Source: Emiliania huxleyi CCMP1516 (lineage: Eukaryota). From it: 64,000 nucleotides of DNA. Positions 1 through 11,089 of this stretch are shown here, piece by piece; position 1 is the stretch's first letter, and each line of letters starts with the position of its first letter. Made by a program: the position numbers and the translations under genes. The notes below the pieces were generated by a model. The model saw nothing but the letters and a program-made list of their open reading frames with translations. It had not been told where the DNA came from and did no database searches. The stretch is taken from assembly GCF_000372725.1 (NCBI RefSeq), contig NW_005201392.1, positions 190,521-254,520 of the forward strand, in the 5' to 3' direction.

Positions 1-2914
1 GAGCTGTGCAGAGATTCGCTGCCGTCCCTTTTTTGATCGAAGAAACTCGAACGGAGGCGCCTGCCCGCATCTTTGATTTGCTGTGTGAGTGTTGAGGTGA
101 TGCGAGCGCGCGTGCGCGCGGCGCGGGTGCGGTTTTGGTTCTCTTTTATACCAGTGATGAAATGTAAACCGACTTTACCACGCGCGCGCACGCGCACGCC
201 GCGCTCCTCGACTCTCTCGCACCCGCCCCGAGCCACGCCCCTCACGAGATAGGCGGCTGCGACCCTGAGAGTGCGCAACGGTGCCGCTGGCGTGCTCACC
301 ACACCCATCCATCATGCCTGTATCATTCCTGCACGCACTGCCCGGTCTGGTCGGGGCGTGGGGCGAGATCTGGCATGGCGGCGCGCTTGAACTCAGCGCC
401 TTCGATCGTCTCGCGGCAACTGCTCGCAGGCCGGGCGGCCAGAAACTGTGCCGCTCAGCCATCCGCCGAAGCGAGCGCGCCGGCGTCCGCCGCCGGCGCG
501 CTCGGCTCAGTGTCTTCAAACCCGCCGGTGGGGAGCTCCGCTTGCGGGCAACGATTGACATGCGGGCAGCCTCGCTGTCCGTGAATCAAGCACTCTTCAC
601 GGACGATTTGATTGTGGAAATACCCAATCTCTGCACCACTTATATTTGCCACTTTCCGCACAAACATGGCACCCGACCAGCTGAAGCTCTAGACTCGTCG
701 ACCGAGCTCTGGACGATGCCGACCTCAAACCACCAGCGCCAGCAACGACGTGCCGCGGCTCGCCGCGCCGCTGTTGCGACCGACGACGTGCCCGACGCCG
801 TCCCGCGGCCGAAAGGAAGAGGCCCGCGCAACCACTTCTGGGACCCGCGGCCGCCGGGCGTGCGGCGGCACAACGAGTCGAACGAACCGAACCAGCGCAG
901 AGCGGCGCGTCTCGCGAGCGCCCGCGGCCGCCACGCCGACGCCGTCCGCGGCCGACGGTGGTCGCGAATCAACGCGGCGCGGTGCAACGAGGCCAAGTCC
1001 TTCCAGGCTCCCGCCAGCAGCGCCTCGTGGCGTGGGCTGCACGGCCCTTCGAGACGGCCCGGGGGGCGGTGAGAGACCTCTCCCGCCGGCATGGCGCACT
1101 ATATCACCCGTAGAGGCCTCTCTATAGTCGCCTTTTGGCACCTCCTCTATCCACGCCGCCGATTAGACCTCGCCGCATCGCATCGCCCCCTTCCCTGCCC
1201 CGTCGCCCTCCTGAGCTCTCCCTCCTTCGCTCCAGCCATGCACAGGACGGCTGGACCATTGGCCCGCGTGCCAGGCGTCCGGGACGGCCGGGTATCGGCT
1301 CCGTACTTTGAGCCCTCTTGGGCCACCCTCGCGTCCACCGGCCGGCAGAGCACCGCTTGGGCGACTCAGACGGCCCGCCCGACCAGCGCGTTCGATCGTG
1401 CCGCCCCCACAGCGTCAGTGGCGTGCGTGGGGTGGCAGGCGGCGTCAGCGCAGCCCCTCGTGGGGGTGCCCACCGCTCTCCTCTCACCGCTCCCCCCCGC
1501 CCGTGGCACCCCACACACTCGTCCCTCCTCAGGGGCGCAAGGCGGCACGGCACGTTCAGCGCTTGCCTTGGCCCACCTCGCCTTCACGCCCGCCACCGCG
1601 ACCAAGGAGGTGGCCTCGGCGGCCCAGATGAAGCCCGTGCGGCTCGTTTGGGAGCCGCATGCCGTCCCTCTCTCGCCGGCGCTGCTCACCACGCCCAAGC
1701 CTACGCCGAGGAACCCGTCGCGCCCGTCGCTCACGAGCTGGTGGCTCGCATCGACCGAGCCGTCCAGCTTTCTCACGCCCTGCCCACAATCAAATTCGAG
1801 ACGACCAACATCCGACCACAAAAAAGGCCCGCGCGTGCTGCGCGGGCCGGCGAGCGACTAGCGAGCCAACCTGCTAGTCTACTCAAAAAAAGTGACGTAG
1901 AGCACCCACTTTTTAAGCGTTCCGCGCACACACAAGGTCCGCCTGCGTGCGCCGCCAGCTTCCCAGGGCCATCGCGCGAAAAACGACGGAGGAGATGCAT
2001 CCTAGCTGTCGCCACCGAAGGCGACTCGGCGCCGCTGAGATCGGAGACCAAGCTCTGACAGGTCGCACGTTGCTCCTTTGACGCCGACGTGACTCACCCG
2101 TGCAGAGCGCATCAGGACACGGTCTCGACGCGCTTCTTACGACGCCTGCGACCCGTCTCCGGTCAGGTGGCACGACGCTCATCGCGCCTGCCAGCGCTGC
2201 CGTGCAGGCTGCCACGACGAGGTCGAGCACGCTTCTATATGCTCGCCCAGCCTTCCTTTCCATCCCACTAGGCAGCCTGGGAACGGTGGCGGTCAGAGGC
2301 AAAGCCTGCGAGGGGTGGTGGAACCACATGTCACGGCCACCGCCGGCTCGACGCGACGATAGCCTCCGAAGGCTGACTTTGAGGCACCATCATCGGACGA
2401 TGTCGACGAGTTGGGTCGCTCTCGCGGTAGCCAGGTAGCCCCCCGTACTAGTATCACCAGCCATGGCCTCAGGGAGCGCGGGCGAGGGCGCTGGGAGCAA
2501 CACGGACAAAAAAACATCAAAATTCATCAAGTGCTCATCATGTTCACACCACCCGTATTTGCAACTAGTCGTCGAGGGGTGTCGTCATGTGCCACAGGGA
2601 GAATCGGCATCTCTTTCTTTCGTCGGAGCTCGAGGCTCGGCTCCTCGCCCAGAGCCTGCCTCGGCACGCTCTCCATAGTCTCGCTCGACAGTTCACAATC
2701 ATAAAGCCGTACGAGCCGGCTCTTCGTGTGCAGTGGAAAAAGATAAAAGTAGTAAAGACGGAGCACGTACAGTCCCGGAGAGAGACGAGGAGAGAGAGGT
2801 CTGTCCACACACACACGGTGTCGCACGCCGTCGCTCAACACTGTGCACCGTGTTGCTACCTTCAAAGCCCTGCTAAGCTTGAGCTTGAGCACAACTTGTC
2901 ACGGTTCACGCGTT

Positions 2915-4578
2915 TCAAAGCCGCAACTGCTGGTTGAGCTGCCCGAGCAGCTCCAGCGTATCGGTGTGGTCGGGGAAGGCATCCCGCGCCTTTTGAGCAA
3001 GCTCGAAGGCCTCCTGGAACTCGCCGAGGTTGTAGGCAAGAAGCGCGCCGTTGTAAAAGGGCTCGTACATCTGCGGCGCGTGCGTCTGCGCGGTCCGAAA
3101 GTTTGCCCTGGCCGCCTCGACGTTGCCCTTTCGCAGCTCGAGCACCCCGAGATTCGTGTAGGCCTCGGCGTGGTTCGAGTCGGCCTGCGGTTCACAGCGG
3201 CAGCTCGACGCGACTGCCCTCTAGTGGGGTGGGTGGGTGGGGGAGGGGGTAGCAGGCCCCTGGCAGGCGAGGCCGATCGGGCGGGGCGGGCAGGGCGGAC
3301 CGAGATCGCAACCTTGAGCGCTTGGTACGCGAGGCCGAGGTCGCCGATCCCGATCGCCACCTGACCAATGTTGTACCACACGTCGGCCATGGCGTCGTCC
3401 GATGCGAGGAAGAGCGCGCGCTCGAGGCACGAGAGTGCCATGTCGTACTGCGACGAGTGGAAGCAGCACAGGCCGAGGTTGCACCACAGCTCAGTGTTGC
3501 GGATCCCCATCTGCAATAGCCGGCGGTAGAAACGCAGCGCCAGCTCGGGCTGGCCAGAGTAGAAGTGATTAGCCGCAATGCACGCAATGGCCTCGACGTT
3601 GGACGGATCCATGCCTGCCACCCGCTTGTAGCTCTCCACCGCGAGCGGCAGCTCACCCAGCGCCTCGTGCACGCGCGCCACGCCGAGCAGCAGTGCCGTG
3701 TCGTGCGGGTACCTCTCGGCGCCCTGCTTGTAGATGAGAAGCGCGGCCTTTGGCTGGTCAAGGCGCAGGCTCACGTTTGCCAGCTGCAGGTACGACGCCA
3801 CCATTGGCTGCGTCTTGACGGACGCCGCGTACTGCCGCTCTGCCTCCCGGTAGAGGCCGAGCTGGTAGTAGCACTTGCCGAGCCGCTCCTTCCACCACCA
3901 GTCCTCGTATCCCGCGGCGGCGGTGCAATGCGCCGCGAGCTCGAGCGCCTTCTTGGGGCTGTGTTCGAAATACAGCAGGTACTCGAACAGCGCGCGCGAC
4001 AGTGCCGGTCGCTGCGCGTACTTTCTCAGGTCAAGCCGGTCCACGTTGATGAACGGCCCACCCGCTGCCGCCACCAGTGAGGCCGTCCCGAGACGCACCA
4101 AGCGACCGAGCGCAGTCATCGGTCGCGACGTGCCGGGGCGGATCCCAGCCGGCGCGCCTGACAACCCCACTCGCGAGTCTGGACGAGCCGACCCCGTCCC
4201 CGGCCTCGCGAACCCAGACAGCGGCCGTCCGCTCGCCGAGACGGGCCGCATGCCGAGGCCTGGCTGGCCAGGCGCATTGGACTGGGTCATGGGACGCGTC
4301 AGAGAAGTGCCCGGCCGCGGTAGTGCGGCTGTGGCGTTCTCGTCGAGCAGGGCGTCCGCCGTCGCCTCCTCCTCAAAGTCGAGGTCGTCGATGAACGCCT
4401 GCATGGTCATTGCGCGGCACTTGAGGCACCACACGGCCTGATCGTACGGATTCTCGCCCAGCAGCGCAGTGCAGAGGGAGATGCACGCGTCGTACTGTCC
4501 CCGGTTGAAGCGGTGCAGCGCCGCGAACACGGGGTCGACTCCGGCAGGGATCGCGGCGCTCGAGGCCGCCGTTTCCAT
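2915..4578 (-). CDS. BBS8: Bardet-Biedl syndrome 8 / TTC8, BBSome TPR subunit; 2 exons (4578-3301, 3184-2915), about 515 aa
   Basis: Typical BBS8 motifs NPYDQAVW, RPGTSL, SGRPLSGFARPGT, VRLGTAS, DWWWKERLGKCYY and ADVWYNIG. A GT-AG intron at 3300-3185 restores ADSNHAEAYTNLGVLE. Confidence 0.95.
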
Positions 4579-5037
4579 CTTGCGTTGGACCCTCGTCTAA
4601 GATTTTGGGACGCGTCCCACGTCAACCGCGCGTATCCGAGCCACAGAGCATGGGCGCGTGAGAGACGACTTGCCCCCGGCCGCGCCGGGAGCGGGCCACC
4701 CGACGGGGTGCGGAGGTCCTCGCGGAGGGCGGCCGCGCTCGCTCTCCGGCTCTGCTCTATTTTTCGGGCGTGGACCACACCAGGAGGTCCAGGACGTACG
4801 CACGCCCCGCGGTCTCTTCTGAGATCTGACTTCTCTTGTGACTCTGTCGTTACACAAGAGGCGATTGCTTACACGTACACGTGGCTCTCTCTAAAGGCTC
4901 AGTACAGTCTACAGACGTAAAGGGGAGAGTGCTCGAGGGAGAGTGAGATATCTGCCGGGACGCACACAAATGCGATGTGGCCATCCATACGTACGTCAAG
5001 TGAGAGCGCGCCGTGACGCCGTCAGAGGGTGGGTCAG

Positions 5038-6084
5038 TCACCCGACCCTCCGCTTCTTGCCTCGCCCGTCGGCCTCGCTGGGCGCAGCCGCCGCGGCGGG
5101 GGGCGAGCAGGCTGCGCAATACCAATCGCTCTCCGGGATGGCGGCGAGCGGCGGCGAGAGGCAGCCGAGGTGGAAGCCCTTGTTGCAGCCGTCGCAGAGA
5201 AGCATCCTCTCGGCGTCGCGCGGACTGCCGCACACCTCACACTCCTTGCCCACGATGGTGAGCACGTCCGCAGCGCTCACCGTCGACGTCCCGCCGGCCC
5301 CGTTTGCCGTCGGCCAGCAAGCAGCCCCGCGCCGGACTCCGTGGAGGGGGCAGTGCCGCTCGTGCCGCGGGCGCGAGCAGCGGGCGCACGGAGAGGCGGC
5401 GGCGGCGTCGGGCGAGGAGAGCACGAGGCAGTCACGCACATCCTCCGGGTGCAGCAGGTTGTGCTGCCTGAGGACCTCGAGGTGGGAGCGAAAGGGGGCG
5501 GCGAGGCCGCGGAGCTCGGCGGCGTGCTGGACCGCGAAGGCGCGGCAGAGGGCGGGCAGGCACCGGTCGCTCACCAGCCGGCTGCGCTCCGACCGCTGCA
5601 CCGCCCCGTTCCACAGATCCATAAAGGCAGCCTCCGCCTCGCCGACGCCGCGGCGGCTGCGGATGCGGTCAGCCGCCTGCTCGAGCTGCCACGCGTCCGC
5701 CTCGTGCCGCCACGACGGCGGCACGGGGTCCGCCTCCACCGGCCCCTCGCGCAGCGGCACGCCCCACTCGAGCGGGTGGTAGAAGCGTGCGAGGCCGCTC
5801 GGCAAGCGCTGCTGCGGCGGCGGCGGCGAGACTGGCCGCTCAGCGGCGACGGGCCGCTGCTGCTTCTTGCGCTCGCGTTGCTCCCGCTTCGATGCCTTGA
5901 TGGCCGCCGCCTCGCCCCGCAGCAGCTGCTGCGCCGCCTTTTCATTGTACGGCAGCTTGATGTTGTGCTCGCGGCGGCGTCCGAGCGAGGCCGCGTTGGA
6001 GCAGGGCCCGGCGTGAAAGTCGGCCAGCGTGCAGCCCGGAGTGCCGCACAGCCGGACGCCGTCGCCGCTCCAGCGCGTCGCCAT
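5038..6084 (-). CDS. VEFS-box (Suz12/EMF2/VRN2-like) protein with C-terminal PHD finger
   Basis: RFYH...EAAFMDLWN...VSDRCLPALCRAFAVQH...HLEVLRQHNLL...DVRDCL resembles the VEFS box. CEVC...MLLCDGCNKGFHLGCL..PL..IP..DWYCAAC is a canonical PHD finger. Confidence 0.75.
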   Translation of the reverse strand: MATRWSGDGVRLCGTPGCTLADFHAGPCSNAASLGRRREHNIKLPYNEKAAQQLLRGEAAAIKASKREQRERKKQQRPVAAERPVSPPPPQQRLPSGLARFYHPLEWGVPLREGPVEADPVPPSWRHEADAWQLEQAADRIRSRRGVGEAEAAFMDLWNGAVQRSERSRLVSDRCLPALCRAFAVQHAAELRGLAAPFRSHLEVLRQHNLLHPEDVRDCLVLSSPDAAAASPCARCSRPRHERHCPLHGVRRGAACWPTANGAGGTSTVSAADVLTIVGKECEVCGSPRDAERMLLCDGCNKGFHLGCLSPPLAAIPESDWYCAACSPPAAAAAPSEADGRGKKRRVG

Positions 6085-7306
6085 GAACGACTTTTGGCTT
6101 CCGCTGTTTGTTTTGGGGGGGGGGGGGGGGGGCAGGGGGCGCGGCCTGGGTTGTACGTGTTCGCCCCGCTCCGCGGATTTGGTAAAGTGGGAGGCCGGCG
6201 GCTCTGCCGCCGCAGGGGTAGGGGGGTAGGGGGTGGCCCCCCCACGCCCCAGATTGCGTAGGGCTCTGGGCTGGTTCTCGGCCCGAACGAATCCACAACG
6301 ACCGACGGCGGACCTGTCTGTGTCCGCTGCATGAGACGGGGGCGGCGCGCGCGCGGAGGGGCAGCGTGAGGTGACGTGTTACGGCTTCTGGAGGCACCTG
6401 GGGGTAGGGGGTGCGCGGGCGCGCGGAGGGGCGGCGGGGCGTGAGGTGACGGCTGACGCTGTCCGACAAACGCTACCGTTACAGCAATCTGGAGACCTGT
6501 GAGTAGTTGTCGTGCCGTGCCTTTAGTCCTTGTGCATCATCCTCTTTAGTTCAGTTGAAGTTATAAAATTCAATTCGGGGGCCTCCCTCATACCCGCCCC
6601 ACCCCAGTGAGGGTGGGAGTGTCGAGTGACAGTTAAGACCTCGTCAGAACGTACCGCGGTCGTCATTCACTTGTAGCCGTGCCAAATCCCGATACGTCGT
6701 CGTGCAGTGCCTTAAATTCAGCTCGTAATGTCCCTGTTTCGATTTTCGTACTCTTTGCGCAGCTCCTCGCGGCACATGGCCAGGCATATTTTTGCGTCGG
6801 CGCGACTCAGCTTCTTTTGTCAGAGTAGCATTGAATGTAGCAATCCTCACTCTTCTCATCCGGAAGGCCGACCTACAATTAGAGTGGTGAAGTCAAAAAG
6901 GAGATGAGCTGAGGTGTGTGTAATGAGCAGTCGAGCAGTGAGTGAGATTCGCGCCACCACTGCAATGGGCGGGTCGATGGGGTGTGCGAGTGCGAGAGAT
7001 GGGAGTGGCGAGAGGGGGGCACCACGCCGCACTCTCTGGAGGAGGGGAGGGGGGGAGGGGGGAGCGTGTCTGATTGGTGACAAGGCTCGCGTACGCCGAT
7101 CATGCGCACGCAGGATGGCCAGCTTCTGAGGCGGGCTGCTCTCGGGGTTCGAACGCCAGAGCCGGGATCCAGGCAGGGCCCTTGTGTGGCGGAGCGGGGG
7201 GGGGGGCACCGACGAGGTCAGCGCGTCTGCCTTGAGGACACGGAATCCAATGTCCGTCGGCGAGAGAGAGGGAGTCGGCGACGTACTTTTGCACTCCCCC
7301 AGTAGT

Positions 7307-8100
7307 GTACTTTTAGCTTACTGGGAGAAAAAGGAGAGGGGGTTGTGTTCTCTAGGCCCCTAAGGGCCCTACGCGCGGCGTGAGAGCTCGGAAGCGAGCT
7401 TTGCACGACGATCGAGGATGGTGCGGCCCCCTTCACCGTGAAGCGATGGAGATGCGCGTTCCGCGTGGTGTGACACAAATGAAAGGCGAGAGTGGGGAGG
7501 GGTAGGGGATAGGCGCCAAGAATCACAAGGACTGGTACGCGCACCAGGAGCTCGTCAAGGCGCGGGACGTGCACGTCAAGAACAACCCGTCCCTCGGAGA
7601 CAGCGCCGTCAACAACCGCGAAGCCGCGCGCTTCATCTCCGCCTCAACGCCTTTCGCCGGCAAGGCCCTCGATGTCCGTGTCGACGGCACGTACGCCACC
7701 GCCCTCTCCTCCGACGCCCTCCAGGACGAGCTCCAGCGGAAGCTCGGCCTTTGGCTCTCCGCGGCGCTTCCCACCCTTCGGGTCGCGCTCGAGCGGGGCA
7801 TGCCAGTCGATTTCTTCGGCGACTACCTTCACAACAAGGCCCACCACCGGCGGCCCCACGAAGGCGTCCTCGCCGCCTGGGCGGACGCGATGCGCGCCCC
7901 GGCCAACGCGCCGGTCGTGCACGGTGACAAGGAGAAACCAGAGCTCACCCGGCAGTACAACGAGGGGTACAAGTCAAGACTGACCTCGCAGAACCCCATG
8001 CGGGACCGGGGGGGTGCGATGAAGTGAATGAAATCAATCTGGACGCCCCTCCTCAAGACCTCCTCGCCGGGCGTTGGCAACGCCTCGAGTGGCGGCACCC
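7307..8100. mobile_element. Rearranged CRE-like non-LTR retrotransposon fragment: 3' end on the minus strand (about 7307-7520) joined to an internal segment on the plus strand (about 7570-8100)
   Basis: 7570-8100 is nearly identical to 11447-11972. 7307-7410 is the reverse complement of about 60999-61100. Confidence 0.8.
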
Positions 8101-8544
8101 GGGGCGGGTTTGGATATAGTGATAGCATAGGCTGGGTGAGCAAGTTGGTACGCCCTCAATGGCTCGGCGCTTACCGTTTCCTGTGGGCTCTGGGCGGCGG
8201 GCGGTGGCTGCGGCGGTGGGAGGAGGTGAAGGAGCTGGTGCTGTCAGCGGAGCTCGTCGCGGACCTAACAGACCCAACACCAACCGCCACGCGCGCGGGC
8301 GTGCATAGCATGTCTCGCCGAGCCGGCGACCAGCTCGGCGGCACGGCCGACGCGGACCGCCGCTTTTGGAAAAGGTTCGAGGAGGATTCTACCCTCCTGC
8401 GCGTTCTGAAGCGCACGGCGCTGCAGAGGGCACCCCTCGAGTGCCGCGCCGCCGGGGCTCATCACCTTTGTCGCGGCCGCTGCACCCAGGACCCAGCCGC
8501 GCCACTGACACAGGTCACAGCTCGCAGGCACGAGCGGACGAGGA

Positions 8545-8657
8545 TAAAGGTACACCACGGGTAAAAGGATTTAACACACGGGTAACACACGCCACACGGG
8601 TAAAAGGAACACGGGGGACCTCGACCAATAACACAGGTACACCACGGGAGCCGCCCT
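8545..8657 (+). repeat. ACACGGG-rich tandem motif; its end (AACACAGGTACACCACGGGAGCCGCC) recurs at about 46237-46262
   Basis: Direct sequence match between the two sites; probably the terminus of a dispersed repeat. Confidence 0.6.
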
Positions 8658-8687
8658 ACGGGAGTCAGTGCGTGCACAGTACTAGCC

Positions 8688-10676
8688 CTAGCCCAACAGC
8701 GGAGCGACCGCCCTCTCCAGGTAGGTTTGCTGCCCATTGGCTGTCGCAAAACCGTCCCACTCGTAGAATGGAACGCTGATCACCCTCCAGCCAGCCGCCG
8801 CGAGGAGGCGCCGCTTGAGCAGCGTTGGCCCATTGGGTTTGCGCACGCCCCGGCCGTCGGGCAGCAGGAAGTGAGAGGGGCCGTCCACCTCGACAGCGAC
8901 GCGTGAAGAGGGCAGCGCCAGGTCGAGCGAGTAGCCGGTGCGCGGCTCGAGGTGCTCCTCCTCGAAGCCGTGCTGGACGGCGGCGAGGGCAGCCGCGACG
9001 GAGCGCTGTAAGCGCGAGATCGTAACTTCGGTGCCTTGCATGGCGTCGCAGCAGAGCTTGCGCTGGGACTCGGAGAGGAGGTGCTGCTGCCCGTCTGCTC
9101 CTCGCTCAAGGGAGAGCCAGAGCTGCCACTGGTGCAGCTGAGAGCGGCGCACGACGCCCCACCTCGACGGATCCCGCGCGAGCGAGTCGCTGATCACGCG
9201 CGAGCAGTCGGCAAGCAGCGCCTGGTGATAGTAGTCTGCCGTCGCATACGCCCACACCGTGTTGGACAGGTCCTGCGGCTTGAAGCCAGCCAGCCCGCCG
9301 CGCACCGCCGCCTCCGCCACCGCCGCGTACAGCGCGTCCGCAGCCACGCCCGCCGTCGCATACGCCCACACCGTGTTGGCCAGGTTCTGTGGCTTGAAGC
9401 CAGCCAGCCCGCCGCGCACCGCCGCCTCCGCCACCGCCGCGTACAGCGCGTCCGCAGCCACGCCCGCCGTCGCATACGCCCACACCGTGTTGGCCAGGGC
9501 CTGCGGCTTGAAGCCAGCCAGCCCGCCGCGCACCGCCGCCTCCGCCACCGCCGCGTACAGCGCGTCCGCAGCCACGCCCGCCGTCGCATACGCCCACACC
9601 GTGTTGGCCAGGGCCTGCGGCTTGAAGCCAGCCAGCCCGCCGCGCACCGCCACCTCCGCCACCGCCTCGTACAGCGCGTCCGCAGCCACGCCCGCCGTCG
9701 CATACGCCCACACCGTGTTGGCTAGTGCCTGAGCGTTGAAGCCAGCCAGCCCGCCGCGCACCGCCGCCTCCGCCACCGCCGCGTACAGCGCGTCCGCAGC
9801 CACGCCCGCCGTCGCATACGCCCACACCGTGTTGGCCAGCTCCTGCGGCTTGAAGCCAGCCAGCCCGCCGCGCACCGCCGCCTCCGCCATCGCCGTGTAC
9901 AGCGAACGCACAACCCCTACTTGCAGGCCGCACTTTGCCACGCCGTGGGCGATGTTCGCCAGATTGCGTGCTTCGCATGACGCGACGAGGTCAAGCGTGC
10001 GCTGCACCAGCTGCTCAAGCCGCTCCTCGTGCCACCGCTCGATGCGCTGCTTGCCCAGTTTGTTCCACAGGTTCGCAGCGTGGATGTGGTTCAAGTTCGC
10101 GCTGTGGGCAGAAAAGAGCGCGAGCAATGCGTCAGCGCTGCCAGCATTTGAGATGTGGCTGCTGAGCTGCTTAGCGTTGAGCTGACCGGCAGCAGAGCCG
10201 CTAGACGAGGGGCGCTCATGTGCGTGGCGACGGCTCTGCTGCTCGTCGCGTCCTTGCACTCCGTGCATGGGCGGTCCCACCCGGCCATCGCTGCGCTGAG
10301 GCTGCCCCTCGCCGCGTCGGTCGCGCCTGGGATCGTGGGACCAGTGCCAGTCATCGCGCCGATCGTGCCAGCCGCGCTCGCGCTCGCCTCTGCACCGACG
10401 GTCATCGTAGCCGCGCCGCTCGTCATGCCGCCCGTCATGATGCGGCCGTTGCTCGCGCTCATCGGGCCATTGTGACTCATCGTGCCATCGCTGCTCGCGA
10501 CCTCCGCACCAAGCGTCGTTGTAGCCGCGCCGCTCGTGTTGCCGCCCGTCATGGTGCGGCCATTGCTCACCTTGCCAACGCTCGTCGCGCCGCGGCTCAC
10601 GCGATCGCGACCGCCGTCGCGGCTCGCCCCGCCATCGCCGCTCTTCGCGTCCGTACTCGGCGCGTTTGCTCATCAC
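8688..10676 (-). CDS. Octotricopeptide repeat (OPR) protein with C-terminal RAP domain, intronless
   Basis: 38-aa repeats FKPQxLANTVWAYATAGVAADALYAAVAEAAVRGGLAG. RAP motif GYSLDLAL...AVEVDGPSHF...TLLKRRLL...GWRVISVPFYEW. Confidence 0.9.
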   Translation of the reverse strand: MMSKRAEYGREERRWRGEPRRRSRSREPRRDERWQGEQWPHHDGRQHERRGYNDAWCGGREQRWHDESQWPDEREQRPHHDGRHDERRGYDDRRCRGERERGWHDRRDDWHWSHDPRRDRRGEGQPQRSDGRVGPPMHGVQGRDEQQSRRHAHERPSSSGSAAGQLNAKQLSSHISNAGSADALLALFSAHSANLNHIHAANLWNKLGKQRIERWHEERLEQLVQRTLDLVASCEARNLANIAHGVAKCGLQVGVVRSLYTAMAEAAVRGGLAGFKPQELANTVWAYATAGVAADALYAAVAEAAVRGGLAGFNAQALANTVWAYATAGVAADALYEAVAEVAVRGGLAGFKPQALANTVWAYATAGVAADALYAAVAEAAVRGGLAGFKPQALANTVWAYATAGVAADALYAAVAEAAVRGGLAGFKPQNLANTVWAYATAGVAADALYAAVAEAAVRGGLAGFKPQDLSNTVWAYATADYYHQALLADCSRVISDSLARDPSRWGVVRRSQLHQWQLWLSLERGADGQQHLLSESQRKLCCDAMQGTEVTISRLQRSVAAALAAVQHGFEEEHLEPRTGYSLDLALPSSRVAVEVDGPSHFLLPDGRGVRKPNGPTLLKRRLLAAAGWRVISVPFYEWDGFATANGQQTYLERAVAPLLG
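9238..9900 (-). repeat. 114-bp coding tandem repeat, about 6 units (OPR units start at 9854, 9740, 9626, 9512, 9398, 9284)
   Basis: Exact 114-bp periodicity with near-identical DNA. Confidence 0.95.
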
Positions 10677-10781
10677 GCCAGCGACGATCCTCGCCTCGGT
10701 AGGACATATATATATAAACTTGGTGTAAGGTGTACGTACGCCGTGGCCAACGACGGCGTCTGTTCACGCCTGCAGCTGTGA

Positions 10782-10960
<179 letters not shown>

Positions 10961-11089
10961 CACTCACTCACTCACACGCAGGAGTGTCTTTCGAATAAGG
11001 CGGACCTACCGTACCCCGCAAAAAGGTGGAAGAGGCGGTGGTAGCTAAAAATGAAAGGCACGTTAGCTAGCTATTAGAGTACAAAACAA

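Noticed and set aside
175..2900. Many overlapping 100-260 aa ORFs
   Set aside because: No recognisable domains; long ORFs are expected by chance at this GC content. A small gene near 1238-1861 is possible but unsupported.
6644..6859. RIATFN motif resembling a LINE APE-endonuclease start
   Set aside because: Only 6 residues match and no downstream APE motifs follow.
9036..9978. Alternative-frame repetitive ORFs over the OPR array (likewise antisense ORFs over the other genes)
   Set aside because: Shadow frames of GC-rich coding sequence.
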